DNA from: a bacterium
GTDB lineage: Bacteria > UBA8248
Direction: 5' to 3'
Assembly: GCA_965199855.1 (NCBI GenBank)
Contig: OZ241326.1
Coordinates: forward strand, 576,001 to 640,000
Length of the DNA: 64,000 nt
Part shown: one piece after another, positions 50,311 through 60,215 of the stretch
How the letters are laid out: the number at the start of each line of letters is the position of its first letter
How positions within the stretch are numbered: the first letter of the stretch is position 1
The notes under the pieces: model-generated
The model's database searches: none
What the model was told of the DNA's origin: nothing
The model's input: only the letters and a program-made list of their open reading frames with translations
Made by a program: the position numbers and the translations under genes

Positions 50311-51792
50311 GTGTTCTTCCTGGAGCAGCTCGTCCACGCGATGGACCCCTATCTGGTGTTCGTCTGCGTCCTGGGCACCATCCTGGGGCTGCTCTGGGGC
50401 TCGATGCCGGGCATCTCGACGACCATGTCCATGGTGCTGCTCATCGGCCTCTCCACCCAGATGAGCCAGGACGTGGCCATCATGTTTCTGCTGGGCGTCT
50501 ATACGGCGAGCGTCTTCGGCGGATCGATCACCGCGGTGCTGATAAACATCCCGGGCACGCCCGCCGCCGTTCCCACCATGATCGAGGGGCACCCTCTCGC
50601 CCGGAGGGGGGAGGGCGGGCTTGCGCTCGGCACGGCGCTGGCGGCGTCCTTTCTCGGAAACTGGGTGGGCATCCTGCTTCTGGTGGCGTTCATCCCCCTC
50701 ATTCTCCTGGTCGCCCTCCAGTTCCGCTCCTGGGAGATGTTTCTCCTCGCGCTGTGGGGAATCGCCATCTGCGGAACGCTCACCTCGGGAGAGGCGCCCA
50801 TCAAGGGCTGGATATCCGGCTGGATCGGGCTGCTCATCGCCTATGTCGGACTCGACAACATCTACGGCGTTCCGCGCTTCACCTTCGGGAGCGCGCTGCT
50901 CGAGGACGGCATCAGCTACATTCCGGTGATCATCGGCTTCTTCGGCCTCGCCGAGGTTCTCTGGGTGCTTCCCCAGAAGGCGCCGCCCGCGATTCCCGAG
51001 AAGGTGGACCGGGTGGTGCCCCCCTTCTCCATGCTGTGGCGATACGCGCGCTCCTCGGTGCGCTCGGGCCTCATCGGCACGGTGATCGGCGCGATTCCCG
51101 GGGCGGGCGGAAACATCGCCGCCTTCGTCGCCTACGACGTGGGAAAGCGCCGGGCGCGGCCCGAGGAGCGCGAGAAGTTCGGCAAGGGGAGCTACGAGGG
51201 CATCGTCTGCGGCGAGGTGGCCAACAACGCCTGCATCGGCGGAACCATCCTGCCCACGCTGACCCTGGGGATTCCGGGCAGCCCGCCCGCCGCGGCCTTC
51301 ATGGCGGCTCTCGAGCTCAAGCACGTGGTGATGGGCCCCACCATCAACATCGAGAACCCGGGCCTCGTCTATTTCATCTACGGCGCGCTCATCGTGGCCA
51401 ACTTCCTGATGTACGTCTTCGGCCTCCTGCTGGTGAAGCCGGCGGTGAAGCTCTACAGCCTGCCCCGCACCCTGCTGATGCCCGTCATCATCCCCATCTG
51501 CGTCCTGGGGGCGTACGCGGTGCGCCTGAGCATGTTCGACGTCTACGTCATGCTGGCCTCGGGGTTCGCCGGCTACGCCCTGAGGCGCCTCGGTCTTCCG
51601 CTGGCGCCCATGGTGCTGGCCGTCATCCTGGGCTCCCTGGCGGACGAGAACCTGCGCCGCGCCCTCATCACCTTCGAGAACAAGCCGTTCTGGCATTTCC
51701 TCTCCAGCCCCGTCGGGACCCTGCTGCTCTGCGTCTCCCTGTTCACGCTCTACGACGGCGTCTTCCGCCGCAGGCGCGCGGCGAAGACCTGA
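50311..51792 (+). CDS. tctA: Tripartite tricarboxylate transporter permease TctA
   Basis: GSMPGIS, GGSITAVLINIPGTPA, EVANNA..PTLTLGIPGS. Confidence 0.92.
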   Translation: MFFLEQLVHAMDPYLVFVCVLGTILGLLWGSMPGISTTMSMVLLIGLSTQMSQDVAIMFLLGVYTASVFGGSITAVLINIPGTPAAVPTMIEGHPLARRGEGGLALGTALAASFLGNWVGILLLVAFIPLILLVALQFRSWEMFLLALWGIAICGTLTSGEAPIKGWISGWIGLLIAYVGLDNIYGVPRFTFGSALLEDGISYIPVIIGFFGLAEVLWVLPQKAPPAIPEKVDRVVPPFSMLWRYARSSVRSGLIGTVIGAIPGAGGNIAAFVAYDVGKRRARPEEREKFGKGSYEGIVCGEVANNACIGGTILPTLTLGIPGSPPAAAFMAALELKHVVMGPTINIENPGLVYFIYGALIVANFLMYVFGLLLVKPAVKLYSLPRTLLMPVIIPICVLGAYAVRLSMFDVYVMLASGFAGYALRRLGLPLAPMVLAVILGSLADENLRRALITFENKPFWHFLSSPVGTLLLCVSLFTLYDGVFRRRRAAKT

Positions 51793-51862
51793 CGGCGAAA
51801 GGCGCGCTCCCGCCCGCGGTCGTCCGCGCCCTTTCGCCGCTTCACCCCCTTACTTTTCCCGT

Positions 51863-51890
51863 TTGACATTTCCGGAGCGGGTGGTAGCAT
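51863..51890 (+). promoter_or_regulatory. Possible sigma70 promoter TTGACA-N16-TAGCAT
   Basis: TTGACATTTCCGGAGCGGGTGGTAGCAT upstream of cupin operon. Confidence 0.5.
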
Positions 51891-51965
51891 GAGCGCACAT
51901 CGTCAAAACGCGGCTGGGCGGCGGCCGCGCCTTGCGAGGTGCCCGTCGGCCCGAGGGGCGGAGCA

Positions 51966-52313
51966 TTGGCCGAGCGAGCGGCGCGCCTGATACGGCGCGA
52001 GGACTGCAAGCGCAAGACGCTCGACGGCGGGGCGCGCGCCTGGCGGGTGACCTCGAGGGAGGATCACGGCTGGAACGTCGACGCCTGGCTGACGGTCTTT
52101 CGCCCGGGCGAGACGCACGAGTGGCACGACCACGAGGAGGACGAGCTCATCTACGTCATCGAGGGCGAGGGCCGATACGAGCTGGAGGATCGGAGCATCG
52201 AGTTCCGGGAAGGGGACTGCGTTTTTCTCCCCCGAAAGACGAGGCACCGCAGCATGACGGGAGGAGAGCGGGACGTGAGGCTGCTGGCGGTATTTCACCC
52301 GGCGAGAGAGTAG
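51966..52313 (+). CDS. Cupin domain protein
   Basis: PGETHEWHDHEEDELIYVIEGEG..GDCVFLP...H; start approximate. Confidence 0.85.
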   Translation: MAERAARLIRREDCKRKTLDGGARAWRVTSREDHGWNVDAWLTVFRPGETHEWHDHEEDELIYVIEGEGRYELEDRSIEFREGDCVFLPRKTRHRSMTGGERDVRLLAVFHPARE

Positions 52314-52393
52314 GCGGGAGCTTTCGCCGGATTCGGTCGTTTTCTCTGGCTGGCGCGGAGGCGATGGCGCCCCACTCATGGAGGGAGGAGAAA

Positions 52394-53389
52394 ATGAAAA
52401 AGCTCAGCCTGGTTCTGATCGCGGCGGTCGCGGCGTTCGGCGCGGCGTCGAACGCGCTGGCCGCGAAAGGCGTCGTCCGCCTGATTCACGACAACACCTC
52501 GCACGCGGCCATCCCCTACATCGCGGAGAAGAAGGGCTTCTACAAGGCCGAGGGCGTCGAGGTGAAGCGCCGGGTCACGAGTCCGCGCGCCCTGATCGAC
52601 GCCTTGATCGGCGGCACCGCCGACATCATCAGCACGCGGGGCTCGCGCGTGGGCCAGATCGCCGCGCGCGGCCTGGACGTGGTGGGCATCGCCCTGAACC
52701 GCTACGGGAACCAGAACATGGTGCTGGTGCCCGTGAAGGACAAGACCACCAAGTCGGTGAAGGACCTGAAGGGCAAGACCGTGGGCGCGCAGATGGGCAC
52801 CGGCACCTGGGCCACCTGGATGACGTATCTCTCGCGCATCGGGCTCTCGGACAAGGACTTCAAGATTCGCAACACGAAGACGGGCTCGCTTCCCGCCGCC
52901 TTCGAGCGGGGCGCGCTGGACGCGGGCCTCACCTGGGAGCCCTGGGGGTCGATCATCGTGGACAAGGGGCTGGGCCGGATGGTCATGGGGCCCAAGGACT
53001 ACGATGATCTGCTGGGCTACACCTCGCCTGTGTTCCTGACGAGCTCGTGGTCCTACATCCGGCAGAAGAACCCCGACGGCGCGCAGCGCTTCATGAACGC
53101 CCACGTCCGCGCGATGCGCTTCCTGAACCGCCGCCGCGACGAGTCGGCGCAGCTGATGCGGGAGTTCTGGAAGAGCCAGGGCTTCGACTTCAGCGTGGAG
53201 AAGGTGAAGAACAACCTGTATCGGTTCATGCGCTGGGATCGCGCGATGATCACGCACCGCGACATCAAGGAGGTGCAGGACGGCGTCGACGTGAGCGTGA
53301 AGAAGGGCAAGCTGCCCAAGCGCATCGACGTCACGAAGCACATCGACACCATGCTGGTGGAGAACGCCTACTTCGCGCTGATGAAGTAG
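52394..53389 (+). CDS. ABC transporter substrate-binding protein (SsuA/TauA/NMT1-like)
   Basis: Sec signal, YIAEKKGFY, DLKGKTVG, DAGLTWEPW. Confidence 0.88.
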   Translation: MKKLSLVLIAAVAAFGAASNALAAKGVVRLIHDNTSHAAIPYIAEKKGFYKAEGVEVKRRVTSPRALIDALIGGTADIISTRGSRVGQIAARGLDVVGIALNRYGNQNMVLVPVKDKTTKSVKDLKGKTVGAQMGTGTWATWMTYLSRIGLSDKDFKIRNTKTGSLPAAFERGALDAGLTWEPWGSIIVDKGLGRMVMGPKDYDDLLGYTSPVFLTSSWSYIRQKNPDGAQRFMNAHVRAMRFLNRRRDESAQLMREFWKSQGFDFSVEKVKNNLYRFMRWDRAMITHRDIKEVQDGVDVSVKKGKLPKRIDVTKHIDTMLVENAYFALMK

Positions 53390-53512
53390 GGCGAGGCGGG
53401 CGATTCCGAAGGGCTTTTGTCGGCGCCGCCGGCGCTCCCCCCGGAGGGGCGATCCGTCCCTCCGGAGGGAGGGATATACGCGCCCCCGGCGGGCGAAGGA
53501 GAACCGGAAACG

Positions 53513-54838
53513 ATGGACGCGCTTCAGAAAAAGGTTGTCGAGGCGGTGGATGAGGATTTCCTCGTCCGGACGACGATGGAGCTCGTGGACATTCCGAGTC
53601 CCACCGGCTCCGAGGAGGCGGCGGCCCGCTACATGAGCGCGAAATACGAGGAGGCGGGCTTCGAGGCGCGTCTCCAGAAGGTGGCCGAGGGCCGCTACAA
53701 CGCGGTCGGCGTCTCGCCCGGGACGGGCGGCGGCTATTCCCTGATGTTCAACGGCCATCTGGACACCTCCTATTCCGGCGAGGAGCCGGAGCTCACCCAG
53801 CCCGGCTACAAGAACAAGGCGATTCTGGATGGGGAGTGGATCATCGGAAACGGCGCCTTCAACATGAAGAGCGCCGACGTCTCCTACCTCGCCGCGGCCA
53901 AGGCGCTCGCCGACGCGGGCGTGAAGCTCAAGGGCGACATCGTTCTGGCCTCCGTCGTGGGCGAAATCGAGAAGAACCGGGTCGATCAGTATCAGGACGC
54001 GCTCTACGACGGCTACGGCGTCGGCACCCGGCACCTCATCTCGCACGGCTACCTGACGGACTTCTGCATCCTGGGCGAGCCGACCGGGATGCAGGTCGCC
54101 CCCTGGCACGGGGGCACGGTGTGGTTCAAGATCACGACGCGGGGGCTGATGGGCCATACCTGCTACGGCGACTACACGGCCAGCGCCATTGAGCGCATGG
54201 AGCGCGTGCAGGCGGCCATCCGCAAGTGGATTCCCGAATACAGGGGGCGCAACGAGTTCCTGGGGGAGCGTCCCCACGTCAACGTGGCCGCCATCGAGGG
54301 GGGATGGCCCTATCGTTGCGCGCGCTCGCCCGTGGAGTGCCGCCTTTACGTGGACGTCCGCCTCGTGCCGGGCCAGAAGATTCAGGACGCGCAGGCGGAG
54401 TTCAAGGGCGTCATCGAGGGCGTGAACCGGGAGCATCCCGACGTCGAGGCCAGGGTCGAGGTGTTCTGCTCGCATCCCCCCTCGGGCATCCCGGTCGATT
54501 CGCTGCCTTCCAAGGCCATGATTCGCGCGCACGAGGAGGTCATGGGCGAGAAGCCCAACGTCATCGTCAAGACCTCCTACCTCGACGGCGCCCACATGAA
54601 CCGCTACGGCATTCAGACCATCACGTATGGGCCGGCCGGCCACACCACGACGACGGACTACGGCTGGAACGCCGACATGGGCGAGCACGTCAACGTCAAG
54701 ACGCTGGTGAAGGCGACCAGGGTCTATGCGCTGGCGGCGCTGGACATCTGCTCGCGGGATCGGGACCCGGCCGCCATCCCTCCGGATCCCTACGCGAACC
54801 TGCCCGAGCCCGGGCAGATCGAACTTCTCACGGGCTGA
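53513..54838 (+). CDS. M20 metallo-hydrolase (ArgE/DapE-like)
   Basis: IPSPTGSE, FNGHLDT, GNGAFNMK, VVGEIE, GEPT, YGP..EHV. Confidence 0.88.
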   Translation: MDALQKKVVEAVDEDFLVRTTMELVDIPSPTGSEEAAARYMSAKYEEAGFEARLQKVAEGRYNAVGVSPGTGGGYSLMFNGHLDTSYSGEEPELTQPGYKNKAILDGEWIIGNGAFNMKSADVSYLAAAKALADAGVKLKGDIVLASVVGEIEKNRVDQYQDALYDGYGVGTRHLISHGYLTDFCILGEPTGMQVAPWHGGTVWFKITTRGLMGHTCYGDYTASAIERMERVQAAIRKWIPEYRGRNEFLGERPHVNVAAIEGGWPYRCARSPVECRLYVDVRLVPGQKIQDAQAEFKGVIEGVNREHPDVEARVEVFCSHPPSGIPVDSLPSKAMIRAHEEVMGEKPNVIVKTSYLDGAHMNRYGIQTITYGPAGHTTTTDYGWNADMGEHVNVKTLVKATRVYALAALDICSRDRDPAAIPPDPYANLPEPGQIELLTG

Positions 54839-54861
54839 AGGCCCGGGCGGGGGAGCTTCCG

Positions 54862-55722
54862 GTGGCGTCGGTCGATAAAGCGCGGGGCAGCTCCGGCGGG
54901 GCGGCGGGCGGCGGGAGGCGGCTCGGCCCCCCGAACTGGGGCGTCGTCCTGCGGAACTCCGGCAAGGCGCTCTTCCAGATGGCCGCGCCCCTCATCGGGT
55001 TGCTCGTCCTGTGGGAGCTGCTCGCCCATTCGGGGACGCTGCATCCCGTCCTGTTTCCTCCCCTCGAAACCATCTGGCTCACGATGGTGAAGCAGGCGCG
55101 CTCCGGCATCCTCTGGCTCGACATCTACGTCTCGCTCTACCGGCTGCTGATCGGCGCGGCGCTCGCCATCGTTTCGGGGACCATGGTCGGGCTGTGGATG
55201 GGAATGAGCCAGACGGTGGAGCGGGTTCTCGCGCCGCCGATGTATTTCTTCCTGGCCGTGCCGGGCCTCGCGCTGTTTCCCATCGTCATCCTGTGGTTCG
55301 GGCTGAGCGACTTCACCCTCATCTCCGTGCTGTGGTTCGAGGGCATGATCACCGTCATGGTGAACGCCTGGACGGGCGTGAAGACGGTGGACGCCTCCCT
55401 CATCCGCGCGGGCCGCGCCATGGGCGCGAAGGGGATGACGCTCTTCTTCCAGGTGATGGTTCCGGGGGCGCTGCCGAGCCTCATCGCGGGCTACCGCATC
55501 GCCTTCAGCCGCGCCTGGCGCATCGTCGTGACCGGCGAGATGATCGTCGCCCTCGAGGCCGGCCTGGGCTTCCGCATTTTCTCCGCCCGCGACTTCCTCG
55601 CGGCGGACATGATGTACGGCGGCGTGGTGGTCGTCGGCATCCTGGGCGTGATCGTGGAGCGCGTCTGCCTGCGGAGCATCGAGCTGGCCACGGTCCAGCG
55701 GTGGGGAACGCTGCGCGAATAG
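54862..55722 (+). CDS. ABC transporter permease (SsuC/TauC-like)
   Basis: SLYRLLIG, PGLALFPIVILWFG, RAMGAK..PGALP, EM..GLG; start approximate. Confidence 0.88.
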   Translation: MASVDKARGSSGGAAGGGRRLGPPNWGVVLRNSGKALFQMAAPLIGLLVLWELLAHSGTLHPVLFPPLETIWLTMVKQARSGILWLDIYVSLYRLLIGAALAIVSGTMVGLWMGMSQTVERVLAPPMYFFLAVPGLALFPIVILWFGLSDFTLISVLWFEGMITVMVNAWTGVKTVDASLIRAGRAMGAKGMTLFFQVMVPGALPSLIAGYRIAFSRAWRIVVTGEMIVALEAGLGFRIFSARDFLAADMMYGGVVVVGILGVIVERVCLRSIELATVQRWGTLRE

Positions 55723-55731
55723 GAGCGAGCT

Positions 55732-56547
55732 TTGTCGAATCCGGGCGCCGTGAAGCTTCAGGTCAGCGGTCTGGGCAAGGTCTTCACCATCGACGAGGGG
55801 TGGGGGCGGAGCACGGACATCACCGCCCTCGAGGGGGTGAACTTCGAGGTGCGCGGCGGCGAATTCATCTCCCTGATCGGGCCGAGCGGGTGCGGCAAGA
55901 GCACCCTCCTGATGATCGTGGCGGGCCTGTATGAGAAGACGGGGGGCGATCTCGTCCTGGACGGCCGCCGCATCGACGGCACGGGCTTCGACCGGGGCGT
56001 CGTGTTCCAGGAATTCGCCGTCTTCCCCTGGCTGACGGTCGCCGGAAACGTCCGCTTCGGAATGCGGATGAAGGGAATCCCGAAGCGGGAGCGCGACGCC
56101 GTCGTCGATCGCCTCCTGCGGCTCGTGGAGCTCGAGGGCTTCAAGAACGTCTATCCCTACCGGCTCTCGGGGGGGATGAAGCAGCGCGTCGGCATCGCGC
56201 GCGCCCTCGCCTTCGACCCCGAAGTCATGCTCATGGACGAGCCCTTCGGCGCCCTCGACGCCCAGACCCGCTCGAGCCTCCAGCAGCTTCTCGTCCAGGT
56301 GTGGATGGAGACCCACAAGACCGTCCTCTTCGTGACCCACAGCGTCCGGGAGGCGGCCTATCTCTCCGACCGGGTGCTCCTGATGTCGCCGCGCCCCGGC
56401 CGGGTGGCGGAGGAGATCAAAATCGATCTGCCGCGTCCGCGCGACGCCCTTTCGGTGGAGTTTCTCGCCTGCGAGCGGAAGGTGGCCGAGACGCTGGCGC
56501 GGCTGACGGGGCAGTCCGACGGCGGCCCCGCGTGGGTGACGGACTGA
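55732..56547 (+). CDS. ABC transporter ATP-binding protein (SsuB/TauB-like)
   Basis: GPSGCGKST, LSGGMKQR, MDEPFGALDAQTR. Confidence 0.92.
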   Translation: MSNPGAVKLQVSGLGKVFTIDEGWGRSTDITALEGVNFEVRGGEFISLIGPSGCGKSTLLMIVAGLYEKTGGDLVLDGRRIDGTGFDRGVVFQEFAVFPWLTVAGNVRFGMRMKGIPKRERDAVVDRLLRLVELEGFKNVYPYRLSGGMKQRVGIARALAFDPEVMLMDEPFGALDAQTRSSLQQLLVQVWMETHKTVLFVTHSVREAAYLSDRVLLMSPRPGRVAEEIKIDLPRPRDALSVEFLACERKVAETLARLTGQSDGGPAWVTD

Positions 56548-56573
56548 ACTGCAGCCAGAGGAGAGCGCGAGAG

Positions 56574-57011
56574 ATGATCAAAAGACAGTTCATGCAGCCC
56601 GAGGACATGTGGTCCCGCGTGGAGAACGGCGAGCTGCTCTACGTGCCCGTGGTGACGATTCACGGCGCGGATCACGCCCACGTCTATCTTTCCGGCCAGG
56701 TGCCCCGAAGGCCCTCGGGCGAGGTGGAGGGCGTGGGCGACATGCGCGCCCAGATACGGGTCACCTGCGAGAACATCGGCAAGGGGCTGGCGCACGCGGG
56801 CGCGACGTTCGACGACATCGTCCGCTCCACGACGTATGTGACCGACATCATGGAGTATTACAGGCACTCGGACGAGCGCTTCAAATACTTCAAAAACGTT
56901 CGTCCGGCCAGCACGCTCATCGAAATCTCCCGGCTCGGCCCCCCCGACGCCCTGATAGAGATAGAGGTAGAGGCCATCATCGAGCCCGAGCGCCTGCGCG
57001 CCGCGCCCTAG
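56574..57011 (+). CDS. RidA/YjgF family protein
   Basis: VYLSGQV, Q....ENI, RPASTLIEISRL..LIEIE. Confidence 0.88.
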   Translation: MIKRQFMQPEDMWSRVENGELLYVPVVTIHGADHAHVYLSGQVPRRPSGEVEGVGDMRAQIRVTCENIGKGLAHAGATFDDIVRSTTYVTDIMEYYRHSDERFKYFKNVRPASTLIEISRLGPPDALIEIEVEAIIEPERLRAAP

Positions 57012-57187
57012 GCGGGATTCCGGGGGAGGCCGGCGGGCGAGGATCGCCCGCGCTTCCCGCGAGATTCTCTCCGCGGCGGCGCGCTCCCCGGTCGTCTTTC
57101 GCGGCCGGAAGCCGGATTTGCTCCCTTCAATCCGCGTGGGATAATATCGCCCGCGAATCCGCCCTGAAGTCCGGGAGACCCACCGCG

Positions 57188-60091
57188 ATGGCGACGGCGG
57201 CCACGACCGAGCCGGTCTTCAACTCCGCGTTCGGCCGCGCCCTGCGCGGAAAGCACCCGCTCTGGAAGGACGCGATAGGCGTCGAGCGCACCGGCGTCCT
57301 GCTGGGCGCGCCGGGCAGGCAGCCGGACATCCTCCTCGCGCCTTCGGGGAGTTCGCCCGTGGCGATTGAGGCGGAGTTCGCCCCCGCCGCCACGGTGGAG
57401 GCCGACGCCGCCTCTCGGCTGGGCGCGAACCTGGAGGGCGACGGCGGAAGGATAGAGAACGCCATCGCCCTCCGCATCCCTTCCGAGCTGCGGACCGTCC
57501 GCCAGAACGAAATCGAGGACGCCATCGGGCGGGCGGTCTTCGCCTACTGCGTTCTTTCCGAGACGAAAGCCGGGGGACGCCGGCGGTGGCCCGAAAGCGG
57601 CTGGCTCCACGGCGGCGTGGACGACGTGGCGAACTGCCTGGAGTCGGTCTCCCTCTCCGAGTCCCTCATCTCCAGGACGACGGACGTGCTCGAGGAGGGC
57701 GTCACCCAGGCCGCCAACATCCTGAAGACGGCGGAGGAGCCCATCCACCGGAGCATCGCCGCCCATCTCCACCAGGCGCCGGGCGAGCAGACCAACCGCA
57801 TGGCGGTCGCCATCATGGCCAACGCCGCCGTGTTCCACACGCGCATCGAGGGGCGGGAGGGCGTCCCCCTGCTGGACGACCTGAAGGGCCCGACCGGATT
57901 CTACAAGATAGGGGTCCTCGACTGCTGGCGGTGGACCATGGAGAACGTCAACTACTGGCCGATTTTCAGAATCGCGTCGGACCTGCTGGCGAAGGTGCCG
58001 ACGATTCAGGCGAACCGGATGCTGAACCGCCTCTACGGCATGGCGGGCAAGCTGGCGGACATGGGCGCGGCGAGCCTGAACGACCTCTCGGGGCGGATGT
58101 TCCAGAAGCTCATCGCCGACAGAAAGTTTCTCGCCACCTTCTACACCCTGCCGGTGTCCGCCGCCCTGCTGGCGGAGCTCGCCGCCTCCCGGCTACGGAC
58201 GGACTGGGAAAGCGCGGACGCGGTGAAGGGCCTGCGGGTCGCCGACCTCGCCTGCGGAACGGGAACCCTCATCGGCGCCCTTTATCACGCCGTTCTCGCC
58301 CGCCGCCGCCGGGCGGGAAGCGACGACGCCGAGATTCACTCCGCCATGATGGAGGAGTCCCTCTACGCCTTCGACATCATGCCCGCCGCCACGCATCTGG
58401 CGGCCTCCACCCTCTCGAACGCCCATCCCGCCGTCCTCTTCGGAACCACCCGCATCGTCACGATGCCCTACGGCTACGACGAGAACAGGCACCCGCACAT
58501 CGGCTCGCTGGAGCTCATCGTCCACGAGCAGGCGACCTCCCTCTTGAGCCTGGGCGGGGAGCGGGTCGCCGGCCGCCCGGGCGCGGAGACGGAGGAGGCG
58601 AGCAGGGCCGTCGGCGTTCCGCATGAATCGATGGACGTCGTGATCATGAATCCCCCCTTCACGCGCCCGACCAACCACGAGACGGCGGAGGTGCCGGTGC
58701 CCTCCTTCGCCGGCTTCAGCACTTCGGACGAGGAGCAGAAGGCGATGAGCTCCCGACTGAGGCTGATGCGCGGGCGCCTCCCGCATCCCGCGGGCCACGG
58801 AAACGCCGGGCTGGCGTCGAACTTCATCGACCTGGCGCACGCCAAGCTCAAGCCGGGCGGCGTCCTCGCGCTGGTGCTGCCGGCGACCTTCGCCCAGGGC
58901 GAATCGTGGGAAGCCGCGCGGAATCTTCTGGCCGAGCGCTACAGGGACGTAACCGTTGTCACAATCGCGACTGACGGGCCGACCGACCGGGCGTTTTCCG
59001 CCGATACCGGAATGGCGGAAGTGCTGGTCGTCGCCACCAGACGGGACGAAGAAGACGAAGACGGCGAATCGACCTTCCAGTTCGTCAATCTTCATCGGCG
59101 TCCGGTTCATCATCTGGAGGCGGTGGAACTGGCGAAGTTCATGGCGGGGACGGATCGCCGGCCGGGGACGGGGAGTATCGTTTTCGGCCGCGAGGGCAGG
59201 AGCGGCGAGATCGCGGTCGGGGGCAGCTACATCAACGCCGAACAATTCCACTGCGGCTGCGCGGGTCTGGCGCATCATCATCTCGCCCGCTTCATGCTTT
59301 CGCTCGCGGAAGGCGAATTGCTGGCGATCAGACGAAACAGGGCGGCGGGCATACCCTTGACGAGCCTGAAAAACCTGGGCGAGCGGGGGCTGCTCAGCCG
59401 CGACCTCACCGGCGCGCCGCCGAGGGGGCCGTTCAAGAAGATTCCGTTGTCGCCGGGGCAGTTGCCGGCCTATCCCGCGCTCTGGACCCATGACGCGCGC
59501 CGGGAGCGCTCCTTCATGGTGGAAGCGGACTGCGAATTGCGGAGCAGGGAGGGGAGCGAAGAGCAGGCGGCCGATGTCTGGCAACGCTTCGCCTCCCGGC
59601 TTCATCTGACGGTTAATTTCCAGGTCAACTCGCAAAGCCTGGCGGCCTGTCTGACGCTGGAGAAAACCCTGGGCGGCACAGCCTGGCCGAACTTCATTCT
59701 GGAAGACATCGAACATGAAAAGGCCGTCCTGCTCTGGTTCAATTCGACCTTGGGCCTGATGGGTTACTGGTGGGCGGGGACAAGGCAGCAACTTGGCCGG
59801 ACGAGGGTCCAAATCACGACTATTCCCTCCCTGCTCTCCATTGACGCCCGAAAATTCGACAAGAGCTCCTTGCGCAAGGCGGATTCTCTTTTCGAGCGGT
59901 TCCGCGGCGTCGAGTTTCTCCCCGCGAACGAGAGCTACCGCGACCCCGGCAGAAAGGCGCTCGATGAGGCTCTGCTCGTGGATCTGCTCGGTGTTCCGGC
60001 GGAGCTGATGGACGATTTCGACCTCGTTCGCCGCCAGTGGTGCGCCGAGCCGAGCGTGCACGGGGGCAAGAAGACGCGGCTCCGAGCGTGA
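57188..60091 (+). CDS. Type IIG-like restriction-modification fusion, paralogue of 30743-33757
   Basis: QPDILL..VAIEAEF, DRKFLATFYT, DLACGTGTL, MNPPF, FSADTGMAE, WCAEPSVHGG. Confidence 0.87.
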   Translation: MATAATTEPVFNSAFGRALRGKHPLWKDAIGVERTGVLLGAPGRQPDILLAPSGSSPVAIEAEFAPAATVEADAASRLGANLEGDGGRIENAIALRIPSELRTVRQNEIEDAIGRAVFAYCVLSETKAGGRRRWPESGWLHGGVDDVANCLESVSLSESLISRTTDVLEEGVTQAANILKTAEEPIHRSIAAHLHQAPGEQTNRMAVAIMANAAVFHTRIEGREGVPLLDDLKGPTGFYKIGVLDCWRWTMENVNYWPIFRIASDLLAKVPTIQANRMLNRLYGMAGKLADMGAASLNDLSGRMFQKLIADRKFLATFYTLPVSAALLAELAASRLRTDWESADAVKGLRVADLACGTGTLIGALYHAVLARRRRAGSDDAEIHSAMMEESLYAFDIMPAATHLAASTLSNAHPAVLFGTTRIVTMPYGYDENRHPHIGSLELIVHEQATSLLSLGGERVAGRPGAETEEASRAVGVPHESMDVVIMNPPFTRPTNHETAEVPVPSFAGFSTSDEEQKAMSSRLRLMRGRLPHPAGHGNAGLASNFIDLAHAKLKPGGVLALVLPATFAQGESWEAARNLLAERYRDVTVVTIATDGPTDRAFSADTGMAEVLVVATRRDEEDEDGESTFQFVNLHRRPVHHLEAVELAKFMAGTDRRPGTGSIVFGREGRSGEIAVGGSYINAEQFHCGCAGLAHHHLARFMLSLAEGELLAIRRNRAAGIPLTSLKNLGERGLLSRDLTGAPPRGPFKKIPLSPGQLPAYPALWTHDARRERSFMVEADCELRSREGSEEQAADVWQRFASRLHLTVNFQVNSQSLAACLTLEKTLGGTAWPNFILEDIEHEKAVLLWFNSTLGLMGYWWAGTRQQLGRTRVQITTIPSLLSIDARKFDKSSLRKADSLFERFRGVEFLPANESYRDPGRKALDEALLVDLLGVPAELMDDFDLVRRQWCAEPSVHGGKKTRLRA

Positions 60092-60215
60092 ACGCGGCGG
60101 CCCCGCCCGAACGCGTGACGCCCGCCCCCCGGCTCGCGGTCGGCGAGATTTACCCCCCGCGCGGGATCGTGTAGATTCTCCTCATCGCTCACCCCAAAAT
60201 TCCGGAGCCCTCCGA

